Origin: an uncultured Planctomycetota bacterium
GTDB taxonomy: Bacteria; Planctomycetota; Planctomycetia; Isosphaerales; Isosphaeraceae
DNA: 64,000 nucleotides
Assembly (NCBI GenBank): GCA_963823665.1
Contig: CAWGMQ010000004.1
Coordinates: forward strand, 2,688,001 to 2,752,000
Direction: 5' to 3'
Positions within the stretch are counted from its first letter, which is position 1. Each line of letters opens with the position of its first letter. Position numbers and translations under genes: made by a program. Shown piece after piece: positions 1 to 10,492 of this stretch. The notes beneath the pieces were generated by a model. It ran no database searches. It saw nothing but the letters and a program-made list of their open reading frames with translations, and was not told the origin of the DNA.

Positions 1-52
1 TCGGCGTGCCCAAGGATCTTTCCCGAGAACCCGACAGCAGAGAGGACCACGA

Positions 53-796
53 TTGATGCCCGCGACGGCCAATAGTCTTAAAGACCTGCATGAGCTTCAC
101 CAGCGTGCGAAAGCCCTGCGCGACCGAATGTCGTCAGGACCGAAGACCCTGGCGGTGCGCCAGGCGACGCTCGCGGCGCGAACGACCCAGATGGAACAAG
201 AGCGCAAGGCGCTCCAGGACGCGAAGGTGCAGCTCAAGAAGCACGAGCACGACCTGCAAGGGATCGAGAAGAAGATTGACGACTCGACGACCAAGCTCAA
301 TCTCGTCAAGAAAAACGACGAATACAAGGCGCTTCAGAATCAGATCGCGCATGAGAACGCGGCCAAGTCGAAAGTTGAAGAAGAGATCCTGGTGAACCTC
401 GAAGACGTCGAGACGCGCACGGCTGCGCTGGCGAAGCTCGATGCCGACGCGAAACGGTTCAGCGGCGAGGTTGCCGCGCTTCAGCAGCAAATCGAAAATG
501 AGGCGGCCGCTCACAAGGCTCAGCTCGCCGAGCTGGAGACGGCAATCGTGCAGGCCGAGGACGTGATCCCCGAAGAATACCGGGTGCAATACCGCCGAAT
601 TGTGGCGCGCTATGGCCCGGACGCGCTGGCCGCTTGCGATGAAGGCTCGTGCCTCGGTTGCTTCACCTCGCTGACGCCGCAGATGGTGAACGACCTAATC
701 AACGGCTCGGGGCTTTCGTTCTGCTTGAGCTGCGGGCGCTTGCTTTACCACGAAGAGAAGGTCGTTATCAGGACCAAACGAACCGCGAGCAAGTGA
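53..796 (+). CDS. Coiled-coil protein with C-terminal C4 zinc ribbon (DUF164/CT398-like)
   Basis: Long heptad-rich helix followed by CLGC...CLSCGRLLY; GAGAGGA RBS upstream. Confidence 0.85.
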   Translation: MMPATANSLKDLHELHQRAKALRDRMSSGPKTLAVRQATLAARTTQMEQERKALQDAKVQLKKHEHDLQGIEKKIDDSTTKLNLVKKNDEYKALQNQIAHENAAKSKVEEEILVNLEDVETRTAALAKLDADAKRFSGEVAALQQQIENEAAAHKAQLAELETAIVQAEDVIPEEYRVQYRRIVARYGPDALAACDEGSCLGCFTSLTPQMVNDLINGSGLSFCLSCGRLLYHEEKVVIRTKRTASK

Positions 797-972
797 GCGG
801 GCGAGCGGGCCGCGATCGCAAGGTTTCAAGTTGCATGGACTCCGGTCGACCGGTCGATCCCGGGGCTTGCGCCGCCGGGATTTATGACGGCGCCCGGTCG
901 GGGGTCTTGGAAGCCATTCTACGGGGGGGTGGGTTGGCGTTTTACCGATCGCGTCATCGCGTTCCGTGCTGG

Positions 973-1000
973 TTGACTCAGTGGCGGCGAACTTTATAAT
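973..1000 (+). promoter_or_regulatory. Sigma70-type promoter upstream of thioredoxin pair
   Basis: TTGACT (973-978), 16 bp, TATAAT (995-1000). Confidence 0.6.
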
Positions 1001-1091
1001 GCAATGGCTCGAGGATGCCGTCGGGCGTTTCTCGATTTGTGCTAAGTTTCGATCAGATTCTCAACTTTCGTAGCCTCGAGAGGCAATTCAC

Positions 1092-1427
1092 ATGGCCGGG
1101 AATATGAAGGAGTTCACAGACACAAACTGGAAGTCCGAGGTGCTCGATTCGCCTATTCCGGTGGTCGTAGATTTTTGGGCGCCGTGGTGCAACCCTTGCT
1201 TGAAGCTTGCTCCCACAATTGAAAAGCTGGCCGCCGAGTATGAAGGCAAAGTCAAGTTCGGCAAGATGAACTGCGACGAGAATCAGGAGATCCCGGGAAG
1301 CGAGCGAATCGGTTCGATTCCGACTGTTTCGATCTTCAATAATGGGAAATATGTGGACCGTCTGGTTGGGGTCAACGGGGAGCAGAAGTTCAAGGATTGG
1401 CTGCGCGATAAGCTCGGCGTCGCGTGA
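1092..1427 (+). CDS. trxA: Thioredoxin (active site WCNPC)
   Basis: PVVVDFWAPWCNPC motif, SIPT cis-Pro loop, 111 aa. Confidence 0.9.
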   Translation: MAGNMKEFTDTNWKSEVLDSPIPVVVDFWAPWCNPCLKLAPTIEKLAAEYEGKVKFGKMNCDENQEIPGSERIGSIPTVSIFNNGKYVDRLVGVNGEQKFKDWLRDKLGVA

Positions 1428-1533
1428 GGCGGCATGCGACGGCTGGCCGTCTGGTCGCAGAACGTTCGGCGGGATGAGTCGAGCCGGTGTTCTCGGTGTA
1501 ACAGAGTTTCGCGGCCCGATGAGGGCAGATCAC

Positions 1534-1869
1534 GTGGATGGCACAATGAAGGAGTTCACCGACGGAAATTGGAAGTCTGAGGTGCTCGATTCTGCCATTC
1601 CCGTGGTTGTCGATTTCTGGGCGCCCTGGTGCCCGCCGTGCAAGACCCTCGCCCCCACGATTGAGAAGCTGGCCGCTGACTACGAGGGCAAAGTCAAGGT
1701 CGGCATGGTTAACTGCGACGAAAACCAAGATGTTCCGGGGAGCCAGTGGATCCTCGCAATTCCGACCGTCCTGCTTTTCAGGGATGGCAAGGAGGTCGAC
1801 CGCCTGGTTGGGATCAACGAAGAGAGCAAGTTCAAAGCATCGCTACGGGAGAAGTGCGGTATCGTCTGA
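1534..1869 (+). CDS. trxA: Thioredoxin, tandem paralogue (active site WCPPC)
   Basis: PVVVDFWAPWCPPC, AIPT; GTG start at 1534 chosen by alignment to first copy (MAGNMKEF vs VDGTMKEF), GAGGG upstream. Confidence 0.88.
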   Translation: MDGTMKEFTDGNWKSEVLDSAIPVVVDFWAPWCPPCKTLAPTIEKLAADYEGKVKVGMVNCDENQDVPGSQWILAIPTVLLFRDGKEVDRLVGINEESKFKASLREKCGIV

Positions 1870-1965
1870 AAGCGACGGTCTCCGTCGGTGCTCTCGCCCG
1901 GGAATGATCGCCGCCAGAGGGACGGACCTGTTTTCTCCTGGTGCAAGCTTTAGCCCCGGCGAGTT

Positions 1966-2664
1966 TTGCCTATCGTGGTCCGCGTGAAGATCTGCGGCTT
2001 GACGTGTGTCGATGACGCCGTTGCGTGCGCCGAGCTGGGCGCCCAATGGATTGGGCTGAATTTCCATCCGCCATCGCCGCGGTATGTGACGGCCGAGAAG
2101 GCCGCGGCTATCGTCGCGGCGCTGCCGCCATCGGCTTCAGCGGTCGGCGTCTTCGTGGACCGGCCGGCGACTGAGGTTGCAGAGGCGGCGACGCGGGCAG
2201 GGATCGGGATCATCCAGTTGCACGGGCAGGAGCCCGAGGAAGACCTGGTTGCGCTCGAGTCGCTCCAGATCGTTCGAGCCTTTCGGCTGGATCGGGCCGC
2301 AGGTTGGAGCCGTGTGATCGATTACGTTGCCCGGTGTGGTGCTCTGGGGCGTTTGCCGGACGCCGTGTTGATTGACGCGTACATTCCTGGACAGATGGGG
2401 GGCACCGGATCGCTCGTGGCGGACGAGGTGATCGATTCGATTCCCCCGCTGCCCCGGTTGATCCTGGCCGGCGGCCTGTCGTCCGAGAATGTGGCGGAGC
2501 GCGTTGCACGTACCCAGCCGTGGATGGTCGACGTGGCCAGCGGGGTTGAGAGCACTCCCGGGCGAAAGGACCTGGCACGAGTTGCCGCGTTTATCCGCGC
2601 GGTGCGAGAGGTTGAGCATGAGTATCCGATGGTTTCCGATCATTCCGAGGTCACACCGCAGTGA
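1966..2664 (+). CDS. trpF: Phosphoribosylanthranilate isomerase
   Basis: VKICGLT, IQLHGQE, GGTG, ILAGGL, VDVASGVE motifs. Confidence 0.93.
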   Translation: MPIVVRVKICGLTCVDDAVACAELGAQWIGLNFHPPSPRYVTAEKAAAIVAALPPSASAVGVFVDRPATEVAEAATRAGIGIIQLHGQEPEEDLVALESLQIVRAFRLDRAAGWSRVIDYVARCGALGRLPDAVLIDAYIPGQMGGTGSLVADEVIDSIPPLPRLILAGGLSSENVAERVARTQPWMVDVASGVESTPGRKDLARVAAFIRAVREVEHEYPMVSDHSEVTPQ

Positions 2665-2672
2665 TGTAAGAG

Positions 2673-3285
2673 TCAGTCGGCGGCTTTGGGCAGAATTGAA
2701 TCGACGGGGATCCTGCTGAATTCGACCGCATCACAGACGACGGGGAACTTCGTCGCCGGCGACGAAGTCGATACGCGAGGCATAACCAGACGGCCCTGGC
2801 TGCGTGTAGACTTCGATCTGTCGCTCGACCAGGTTGACAATCCAATAGATGGGGACGCGAGCCCTGGCATAGGCATTTCGCTTTCCGCCGCGATCGCGTT
2901 CTAGACTTGAGTCGGCGACTTCGACCACGAGAGCCAGGTCTTTGGCTTCTGGTAGGCGGTCTTGGTACAGATCCTCGGGGCCGCGCACGACTGCGATGTC
3001 GGGCTCGGGTTCGTCGAAATCTGGAATTCGGACCGGATCTTCCTTGCGACACGTCCATCGGTCTGCGGGTAAGACGTCGAGTGCTTTGAAGACTCTTCCG
3101 ACACTCCAGATGTGAGGGGGCTTCTTTGCCATTTTGTTTACCACGTAGCCGTCGATCAGCTCAACGCGGGGGTCGTCGAGAACCTGGGCCATGCGTTCGT
3201 ACTCATGCACTGTGAATCGATACAGCGACAGGGACGCTACCGGTTCAGGTGCTGGCGTCGGCTGAATTGCCGTCATAGTGGACAT
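2673..3285 (-). CDS. Uma2/DUF820 family PD-(D/E)XK protein, probable frameshift near 2740
   Basis: RVELIDG, EPEPDIAVV, LVVEVADSSL..DR..K..YA, YWIVNL; natural-looking C-terminus (PVVCDAVEFSRIPVDSILP) lies in another frame. Confidence 0.82.
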
Positions 3286-3474
3286 GGGAGGCCTCTGGCC
3301 GCACGAGTGGCGGGCCGACCAGAGTGTCGGCCCTAAAGATGCCAACCACGGAGCACCGGCAAAGCCCGTGCTACCCCTTCCGTCCATGCGTCGGGGATGC
3401 GTTCGGTCGTGTATTGCATCATAACAGATATCGTGAGCGGTCGAAACGGCAGGGGACGGGGATGAGTGAGACGG

Positions 3475-3503
3475 TTGACAATGGTCGGCGGGGCTTATAG
3501 CCT
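3475..3503 (+). promoter_or_regulatory. Sigma70-type promoter for rnc operon
   Basis: TTGACA (3475-3480), 17 bp, TAGCCT (3498-3503). Confidence 0.5.
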
Positions 3504-3548
3504 ATCTAATCTGCGTCGCAAGCCCTTTTGTGCCTTCTGGGTGCGGCC

Positions 3549-4275
3549 ATGCCCCCGACGATTCATCGCGACGGATCCCGGCGCGCGGTCGAGTGCCAGG
3601 ATGTGCTCGGATATCGCTTCAACGATCTGAATCTTCTTCAGGAAGCGCTCACGCACGCTTCGGGGGCCAATCATCGGCTCACGTCGAACCAACGGCTCGA
3701 GTTTCTTGGTGATGCGATTCTAGGGGCGATCGTTTGCGACTTGCTTTTCCGGAAGTTTCCCGAGTATCTGGAAGGCGAGCTGACGAAGATCAAGTCGATC
3801 GTAGTATCGAGGCACACCTGCGCCAAGATTTCGCAAGATCTGGGAATCGACGAGTTCCTGGTGATGGGCAAAGGAATGGGATCGCGGTCGCAAACGCCGG
3901 TGTCGATGCTTGCGGATGTGTTTGAGAGCTTGATCGGGGCGATCTATCTCGACGGCGGGATGGAAGCGGCGCGGGAGTTCGTCGTCCGGCACATCGAGCC
4001 GCGAGATTGATGCGGCGGTGGACGTGGGCAACGGGCAGAATTACAAGAGCAATCTCCAGCAATTCGCGCAGCGTGAATATGGCGCGACACCGACGTATCT
4101 ACTGCTTGATGAGAAGGGTCCGGATCACTCGAAGTGCTTCAAGATTTCGGCGCGGGTCGGCGATCGGCGGTATGCCCCGGCGTGGGGCCGCACGAAGAAG
4201 GAGGCCGAGCAGCGAGCCGCCTTGAATGCACTTTGCCAGCTCGCCGGCGACCCGTTGCCTCACACGTCTGACTGA
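3549..4275 (+). CDS. rnc: Ribonuclease III, frameshift near 4005 (likely sequencing indel)
   Basis: QRLEFLGDAIL and ADVFESLIGAIYLD in 3528-4010; dsRBD (NYKSNLQQ...KKEAEQRAA) in 4018-4275. Confidence 0.92.
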
Positions 4276-4285
4276 CGAGGTTACC

Positions 4286-5573
4286 GTGAACGGCTCGCTG
4301 GTGACCGACCTGGGTCTAAGTCCGGAAGTGTGGGTCTTTCTGTCGCTCTTGAGCTGCGTCACGCTCTTCTTCAAGTTCAGCCGGATCTGGAGCGTGAGGA
4401 ACCTTGATCTTGCTGCTGTTGTTCGTGCTGGCGCCGGGGATGATGCTGATCGTGAGCAACCCTGGGCATCACCCGTGGAGTGCGTACATCTGGCTTTTCC
4501 TGGGGTCAGGGCTTGTGGCTGATTCGCTGCTGGGCCGACCTCGGGCTAGCGCGGCGGCCGCTGCTCGAGCCGAATCTGAACTGCGTCGGGACTGCTGTGT
4601 CTTTCGGTGGGCGTGCTCAGCTTGCTGCTGGCCGAAACGATCAGCCTTCCGGTCGAGCAAGGAGGCGGGCGAAACCCGGCCGAGCCGTCGGGACGCGAGG
4701 ACCGCGGAAAGACGACGGGGGATGCGGCGGCCGTTCCTCTTGCGGAGATCCCGCAGGGGATCAAGGATTCGCTACCAGGGCCGCTCCAGAACAAGACGCC
4801 GCAAGTGATCGTCTCTCGCGTGCTCGCAAGTATAGCCCATCTGGGCCTGGTGCTCGGCCTGATCGGGATTGGCTGGCGGTTCTTCGACCGGCCGCTGACG
4901 GGAATTGCGATGGCTGCGTGCTATCTTCTGCTGCCGTACACGCGTATGGCGCTGGTCGATAGCGGCCAGCTCGTTCCTGCGGCGCTGATCGTCGCGGCCG
5001 TGTTCTGGCACAACCGCCCCGCGCTGGCGGGCGCATTGATCGGGCTGGCGGCGGGATGGGTGCCGGCGTGCCTGGGGTTGATCGCGCTCTGGTGTGGATT
5101 CTATCGACGACGTGGGGCGGTGCGATTCACAGCTTTGGCGGTGGCGGTGGTGGCCATCTGCGCGCTGGCAGGCTTCTGGGTGCCGGTGCTCAGCGAGTGG
5201 GCTCGCGCTCTGGGCGCACGAAGCATCGACGAGGTCGGGCTGTTTCCTCAGTTCGAGCCCAGGTCGAGCGGCAGCTTCTGGGTGAGCATCCACTTCGAGC
5301 TTCCGGCTCCCGGTTCTCATCGGCTATCTGGCTCTCGTGATACTCACGATGTTCTGGCCGGCCGACAAGAATATCGCCGAGCTGATCGCGTTATCGGCGG
5401 CCTTGCTGGTGGCCAGCCAGTTCTGGTATCTCGACAAGGGTGGAACGCTGGTCATGCTCTATCTTCCACTGGCGATCGCGATGATGTTCCGGCCGACGAT
5501 TGCCATCAAGAGAGCCGCTGCGCCGGCGCATCAGCGGCGGTCCAACCGCCCGTCGCTTTCACCTTCTTCGTGA
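4286..5573 (+). CDS. Multi-pass membrane protein, several frameshifts (possibly GT-C-like)
   Basis: Hydrophobic segments continue across ORFs 4226-4522, 4404-4808, 4480-4962, 4607-5599 and 5337-5573; GTG start after GAGG. Confidence 0.55.
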
Positions 5574-5625
5574 TGCCGCGACTACGAGTCGAACCCTGAA
5601 ATACCCACGGCGGAGCAAGTTTCTC

Positions 5626-6317
5626 ATGAGTTTTGTGCTGACCTACGACGCGATTGCCAAGCGGATCGACCATTCTCTGCTCGGCCCGGCGCTCACGACC
5701 GCGGAGATGGAGGAGGGGTGCCGGCTGGCTCGTCCGCTACGGGGTGGCGAGCGTTTGCATCAAACCGGGCGCAGTGGGCTTGGCGGCAGGCATTCTGAAG
5801 GGCTCGGGAGTGGCTGTGGGGACGACGATCGGCTTTCCACACGGAGGGCACACGACAAGCGTGAAGGTATTTGAAGCGCGGCAGACGATGGCCGACGGAG
5901 CGACCGAGCTGGACATGGTGATCAACATCGGCCAGGCGAGAGGTGGCGAATGGAATGCCGTGAGCCGCCGACATCGCGGCTGTGACCGCCGCGGCCCATG
6001 ACGGCGGCTCGATCGTGAAGGTGATTTTCGAGAATTGTTTTCTGAACGACGAGCAGAAGGTGCGACTTTGCCGAATCTGCGGTGACGTGGGGGCCGATTA
6101 CGTGAAGACGTCGACCGGCTACGGCACGGGGGGCGCCACGATGGACGATCTGAGACTGATGCGACGGTCTTCGCCGCCTCATGTGAAGCTGAAGGCAGCC
6201 GGCGGTCTTCGCACGCTGGACGCCATGATTGAAGCGGCCGAGCTGGGCTGCGACCGGATTGGTGCATCGCGGACGGCCGAGATTCTGGACGAGCTCAAGG
6301 TGCGGTTGGGGATGTGA
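5626..6317 (+). CDS. deoC: Deoxyribose-phosphate aldolase, frameshifts near 5730 and 5970
   Basis: IDHSLL, ASVCI, IGFPHG, ELDMVINIG, VKVIFE, YVKTSTG, KAAGG, RIGAS across three frames. Confidence 0.92.
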
Positions 6318-6404
6318 GCTCTTCGAGCTGGAGGAACGGCCGGCCGGTTCGGCCTCGTTTTGGCGAGTCGAGCAGTCCGGCGGGCAGCACACGGGATGTG
6401 CCTG

Positions 6405-7136
6405 CTAGAGGGATCGCACGGCTGATTCGATTCGCTCGGCGCCCGTCTCCGTGCCCACGATCAATGTGTCGCAGAGGCCGATGAAGAGACCGGTCTCGAG
6501 CACGCCGGGGACAGATTGCAGGCGCAAGTCGAGCGATTCAGGGTCGTCGATCGAGCTGAAGCGGCAATCGACGATATGATTTCCGCCGTCGGTCGTGAAG
6601 GGTAAGCCGTCGCTTCCGAGACGGACAGCGGTGGTGCAGCCGAAGTCTTGCAATCGTCTCTCGGTGTGTTTCAAGCCGATCGAGCTGACCTCGACAGGGA
6701 TCGGACAGCGGGTGCCGAGTTGCTCGACGCGTTTTTCGCCGGTGATCATCGTGACGCGATGATTCGACGCATAGGCGACGATCTTTTCACGCAAGAGAGC
6801 GCCGCCGCGCCCTTTGATCATCCGGAACTGGGCGTCGATCTCGTCGGCGCCGTCGAGATTGATATCGAGGGCCGAGACCGTGTCGAGCTCCTGGACCGAA
6901 ATGCCGAGACTTTTCGCCAGGCGAGTGGTTTCGTCGCTCGTGGAAATCGCGGTGAATTTCAAGCCTTCTCGCTTGATCCTGTCTCCGAGGCAGTGGACAA
7001 GGAGTGCGGACGTGGAGCCGGAGCCCAAGCCGACGATCATGCCGTCTCTAACCAAGGCGGCGGCGGCGAGCGCGGCACGCGATTTGGGGGATTCGGTGTT
7101 TGCTGGCAAGGCGTACGACTCCCCACGGTGGTTCAA
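6405..7136 (-). CDS. rpiA: Ribose-5-phosphate isomerase A
   Basis: GLGSGST, DGADEID, IKGRGGALLREKIVA, TDGGNHIVD; exact start uncertain. Confidence 0.93.
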   Translation of the reverse strand: MNHRGESYALPANTESPKSRAALAAAALVRDGMIVGLGSGSTSALLVHCLGDRIKREGLKFTAISTSDETTRLAKSLGISVQELDTVSALDINLDGADEIDAQFRMIKGRGGALLREKIVAYASNHRVTMITGEKRVEQLGTRCPIPVEVSSIGLKHTERRLQDFGCTTAVRLGSDGLPFTTDGGNHIVDCRFSSIDDPESLDLRLQSVPGVLETGLFIGLCDTLIVGTETGAERIESAVRSL

Positions 7137-7739
7137 CGTGCCGGGAGACCGGCGTGTGAACGGAAACGGTCACGCGGCTGTCAAGCGAGAGCCATTGCGG
7201 ACGAGCGCAGAACAATTCGAATTGACGATTTCTTGGTCCTCGATCGCCACTCGTTAACATAGACCCTCGGCCTAAATCCAGGTGAGCTAGGATTATAAAG
7301 CACGGATTTCTGGTGAGCAATGGCCTGCGAGACTACGTACGTTTTGGTGGTTCTTCTAGCGCAAGGTCGCGTGGTTAACTTAGCGCGTTCGGTGTGCTGC
7401 CACCGTTTGACGGCGGCCTTTCGATGGCTCTTGTCCATGGCCCACGCCTCACGGCTTTATTCGTGATTCTCTGGCGACGTCATTTTGATAATGAGCGGAC
7501 CTTGACGGCGCGTCAATCACCGATCATGGCCACCAACGGGCGGCTCTTCCGCGTCATTGAATTCCATGTGAGAAAGCCGCGAAGATCAGGCCGAGGCAGA
7601 CGACGCTGCGCAAACCCGCGGTCCAGGGCGCACATGAGCACGCCGGTCAGTGCGCCCCAGGTGATTCCGACGAAGACAATCGTTGCGGCTGCCATCGCAT
7701 TCCGACGGAGCCATCGCGCGGCCAGTCCGGCGAGGCTGG

Positions 7740-7835
7740 GCGGGCGAGCTTTTGTCGGCTCGCCGGATGCGCCAGCACGCGCAGGTATTTTCGAAACGGC
7801 TCCAGGACACGACCGGCTTCGGGATTCGACGGCAT
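7740..7835 (-). pseudogene. Possible N-terminal remnant of a planctomycete-type ECF sigma factor
   Basis: MPSNPEAGRVLEPFRKYLRVLAH resembles the 'LE.FR.YL..LA' ECF start and has GGGAG upstream, but similarity stops after ~25 aa. Confidence 0.35.
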
Positions 7836-8061
7836 CTTGTGCTCCCTATCTCAAAGGGACGCCGTTTTTCGCGCCATTGTGCGGTGATTGTGCATTCAGG
7901 TCGACCGTTACCATGTTGTGTCTTCTCCCGGCCGCTGGCTTGTAGCGGAGTGCTCGATGGATACCATAGGGATTGTCATCAGCAATGCTGCGCGACTGTT
8001 CAGCGCACCGCAACCAGGGTTCGTCGATCGAGAGGGCAGGTGCTCATTCGGAGATGATTCC

Positions 8062-9237
8062 ATGAGCGAAGTTCGTTTGGTCGTTCGGGAGGCTGGACAG
8101 GATTGGTCCGGAACCATTCACGGGAGCTCGGCCGATCGCGCGATCGCCGCGCTCAGTGCGGACCCCGTTACGCTAGCGGAGCTGGAAACCGCATGCGCCC
8201 GCTTCGAGAAGCCCGGTCTGAATCGCCGATTTTTGGCGAATCTTTCGGCTGGATTGTGCGATGAACCGTATGACGCCGGGCTCGTCGTCATCGATCTCGT
8301 CGCACGACTGGTCGTCGTCGATTCCACGTATTCTTCGCCGGGATCAAGCGGAGAAGTCGACTATCACAACGGAAAATGCTGTACGGACAAGAGGTTGCGC
8401 TATCATCTGGCGGACGACTGGCTGTTCGCGGGCGATCAATTCGAGTGGCCGGGATTGGCGGCAAAACGTCGGCGGGAACGCACCGCCCGGCCGCCGCTCG
8501 ACGCCCGCGCCATCTTTTACGGGCGGCCTCTGATCGAGTTCGTCGCTCGCGAAACATTCGCGGCCCACGCTCGGCGGGAAACGATCGCCTCTGCGGCGCA
8601 AGACGCGCTCAAAGAGATTCACGCGGCCTGGCTGTTGACGCCGCGCGACGACCTGGGCTGCCTCTGCCCGCGCGAGGTGGCGCTCGAACGGCACGGTCAT
8701 CTCACCTGGGATCTGCAGGATCAATCGGAACGATGGTCGCTACTGCAGAAATGCCCGCCCGCACTGGACGAATCTTCGTTCGCGTACCGCTACGGCGGCT
8801 TCGGCACGCACGAACTGGTTCAGTATTACGAACTGGTTCGCGCGTTACTCTGGTCTTGCTGGGACCGGCTCGACGAAATAGGGAAAACCCGGCCGGCCGG
8901 GAATGGGCTGGAGCTGTTCGCCGTCGGAGATTTTCTCACGAGCGAAGTCCCTCGCCTGGAGCGCGTGCGCGACAAATGGCTCGCCATGCCCGACCCGGAA
9001 TGTCATGGGCGAACGCCGCGATCCATCATCGACCGCGAGCGCACCCGGCTCCCCGAAGGGGTGTCCGGCCATGAGGCGATCGTCGACCCCGACTGCCCGT
9101 GTTGCCAAATGATGGCCGACATGCCCGGGCCGAGCTTCTGGCACCTGGATGGCTGCAATATGGATGACGACTTCGCGTTCGACATCCGCCATCGCACGCG
9201 CGAGGAATGGGAGGCGGAACAACGCGCGATCCAGTGA
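8062..9237 (+). CDS. Hypothetical protein with Cys-rich C-terminal motifs
   Basis: 391-aa ORF from MSEVRLVV (GGAGA RBS); DPDCPCCQM and HLDGCNMDDDFAF motifs. Confidence 0.7.
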   Translation: MSEVRLVVREAGQDWSGTIHGSSADRAIAALSADPVTLAELETACARFEKPGLNRRFLANLSAGLCDEPYDAGLVVIDLVARLVVVDSTYSSPGSSGEVDYHNGKCCTDKRLRYHLADDWLFAGDQFEWPGLAAKRRRERTARPPLDARAIFYGRPLIEFVARETFAAHARRETIASAAQDALKEIHAAWLLTPRDDLGCLCPREVALERHGHLTWDLQDQSERWSLLQKCPPALDESSFAYRYGGFGTHELVQYYELVRALLWSCWDRLDEIGKTRPAGNGLELFAVGDFLTSEVPRLERVRDKWLAMPDPECHGRTPRSIIDRERTRLPEGVSGHEAIVDPDCPCCQMMADMPGPSFWHLDGCNMDDDFAFDIRHRTREEWEAEQRAIQ

Positions 9238-9344
9238 TCGAGCGTTTCGCCGAATCGCTGGCCGTGGTGGCCTCGGCCCGTCCTGAGCTGTCCGCGAAGT
9301 GCGAGTCCTTGACGAACAGCCTCGCCCGGTTTTTTGAAAGATAG

Positions 9345-9419
9345 TCGGGGCGACCGGATTCGAACCGGTGACCTCCTGCTCCCAAGGCAGGCGCGCTAAC
9401 CAGGCTGCGCTACGCCCCG
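9345..9419 (-). tRNA. tRNA-Pro (TGG)
   Basis: Reverse complement CGGGGCGTAGCGCAGCCTGGTTAGCGCG-CCTGC-CT-TGG-GA-GCAGG-AGGTCACCGGTTCGAATCCGGTCGCCCCGA; full cloverleaf, CCA not encoded. Confidence 0.96.
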
Positions 9420-9438
9420 CAGTGCTTGGCTTCGTCGC

Positions 9439-9468
9439 ATGTTATGCGGGTGGCGCGGCGGGAGTCAA
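9439..9468 (-). promoter_or_regulatory. Putative sigma70 promoter of tRNA-Pro
   Basis: TTGACT, 18 bp, TAACAT on minus strand, ~20 bp upstream of the tRNA. Confidence 0.45.
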
Positions 9469-9480
9469 GGGAAGCCGCGC

Positions 9481-10227
9481 TCAACACTTGTGCGGGTCTT
9501 CGCGGAATTGGGGCCAGCGGATCAGGGCGCTCAAGGATGGATCATGACGGGTTTCCAGGTCGCCGCCGTGATCGGCTGCCACACGCGCCAGGAGCAGAAG
9601 GGCCAGTGAGCCGGTGCAATCGCCGGGCGGGTACCCTCGCGGGGAGTCTGGGGGATCGCAGGCGGCGGATTCCGTGCAATCCGAGGTCTCCTCCCACGAA
9701 ATCTGGAACTGAGCTTCTGTCGTGCGCCACGACAAGCAGGGTTCGCGGGATTCACCGGAACACGCCCGCCACATGACGAACGCGTCCAAGCCGAGGCCGA
9801 GATGCGATGGATCAAAATCGCCGGCCAGATCGGTTTCTGGCGGGTCGAGGCGAATCGTGTGGGCCCAGTTTGGATAAAGCGATCGCCACAGCCGCAACCG
9901 CTCGACAAACAACTGCCCCAACGGCGAGCGCACCAGCGTCAACGGTGCCGAATGATAGATCCGGTCGAGCCGGTCGAACAGCTTTTCAATTTCGTTGTAA
10001 GAACGCCCAAGATCGCTCCAGCGGCAACTCGACGTGTCCGGGAGGTCCTTCCTCAAGAGGTAGAGGCCCAGCTTGATTCCGCTCAGCGAATTCCGGCAGC
10101 GATGACTGAACTTGCGCAACATTCGAGAGCCGGGATCGACATCCAACGGAGAGTCGGAGCGGTGCGGCGACCAGTCCGCCGAGAAATGCCCTTCTTCAAC
10201 CCGATCTCCTCGCGGCTGCGACTTCAT
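9481..10227 (-). CDS. Degenerate histidine-kinase-like protein (HisKA H-box, no sensor, no clear ATP-binding boxes)
   Basis: FSHRCRNSLSGIK H-box-like helix; 'LLARVAADHGG.L' resembles the HATPase end; G-boxes absent. Confidence 0.5.
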   Translation of the reverse strand: MKSQPRGDRVEEGHFSADWSPHRSDSPLDVDPGSRMLRKFSHRCRNSLSGIKLGLYLLRKDLPDTSSCRWSDLGRSYNEIEKLFDRLDRIYHSAPLTLVRSPLGQLFVERLRLWRSLYPNWAHTIRLDPPETDLAGDFDPSHLGLGLDAFVMWRACSGESREPCLSWRTTEAQFQISWEETSDCTESAACDPPDSPRGYPPGDCTGSLALLLLARVAADHGGDLETRHDPSLSALIRWPQFREDPHKC

Positions 10228-10492
10228 GAAGATAACACCCGTCTCTTGTGCGCTACTGCAAAGCCCGTCTGGATGCATCGCGTATCTATCGCAAGGACTC
10301 GAGTCGGCGGCGTGCAACGATGCGGGCGAAGCTTGAGCTGGCGATCCATCGTGTGAAGCTGCGTAAACTATTCGGGAACAAGATAGTCAAGTTCGGCTCG
10401 CACAGCCAGTCGATTTCTACCACCTGATCGGAAACGTCAACTCAGTTTCCCTTGACGCGTGAGTCTGCCGGGTGGGCTCCTGGCTGGACTGG

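Noticed and set aside
9345..9419. tRNA as attachment site of an intact prophage or ICE
   Set aside because: No integrase, no phage genes and no duplicated tRNA 3' end noticed in the window
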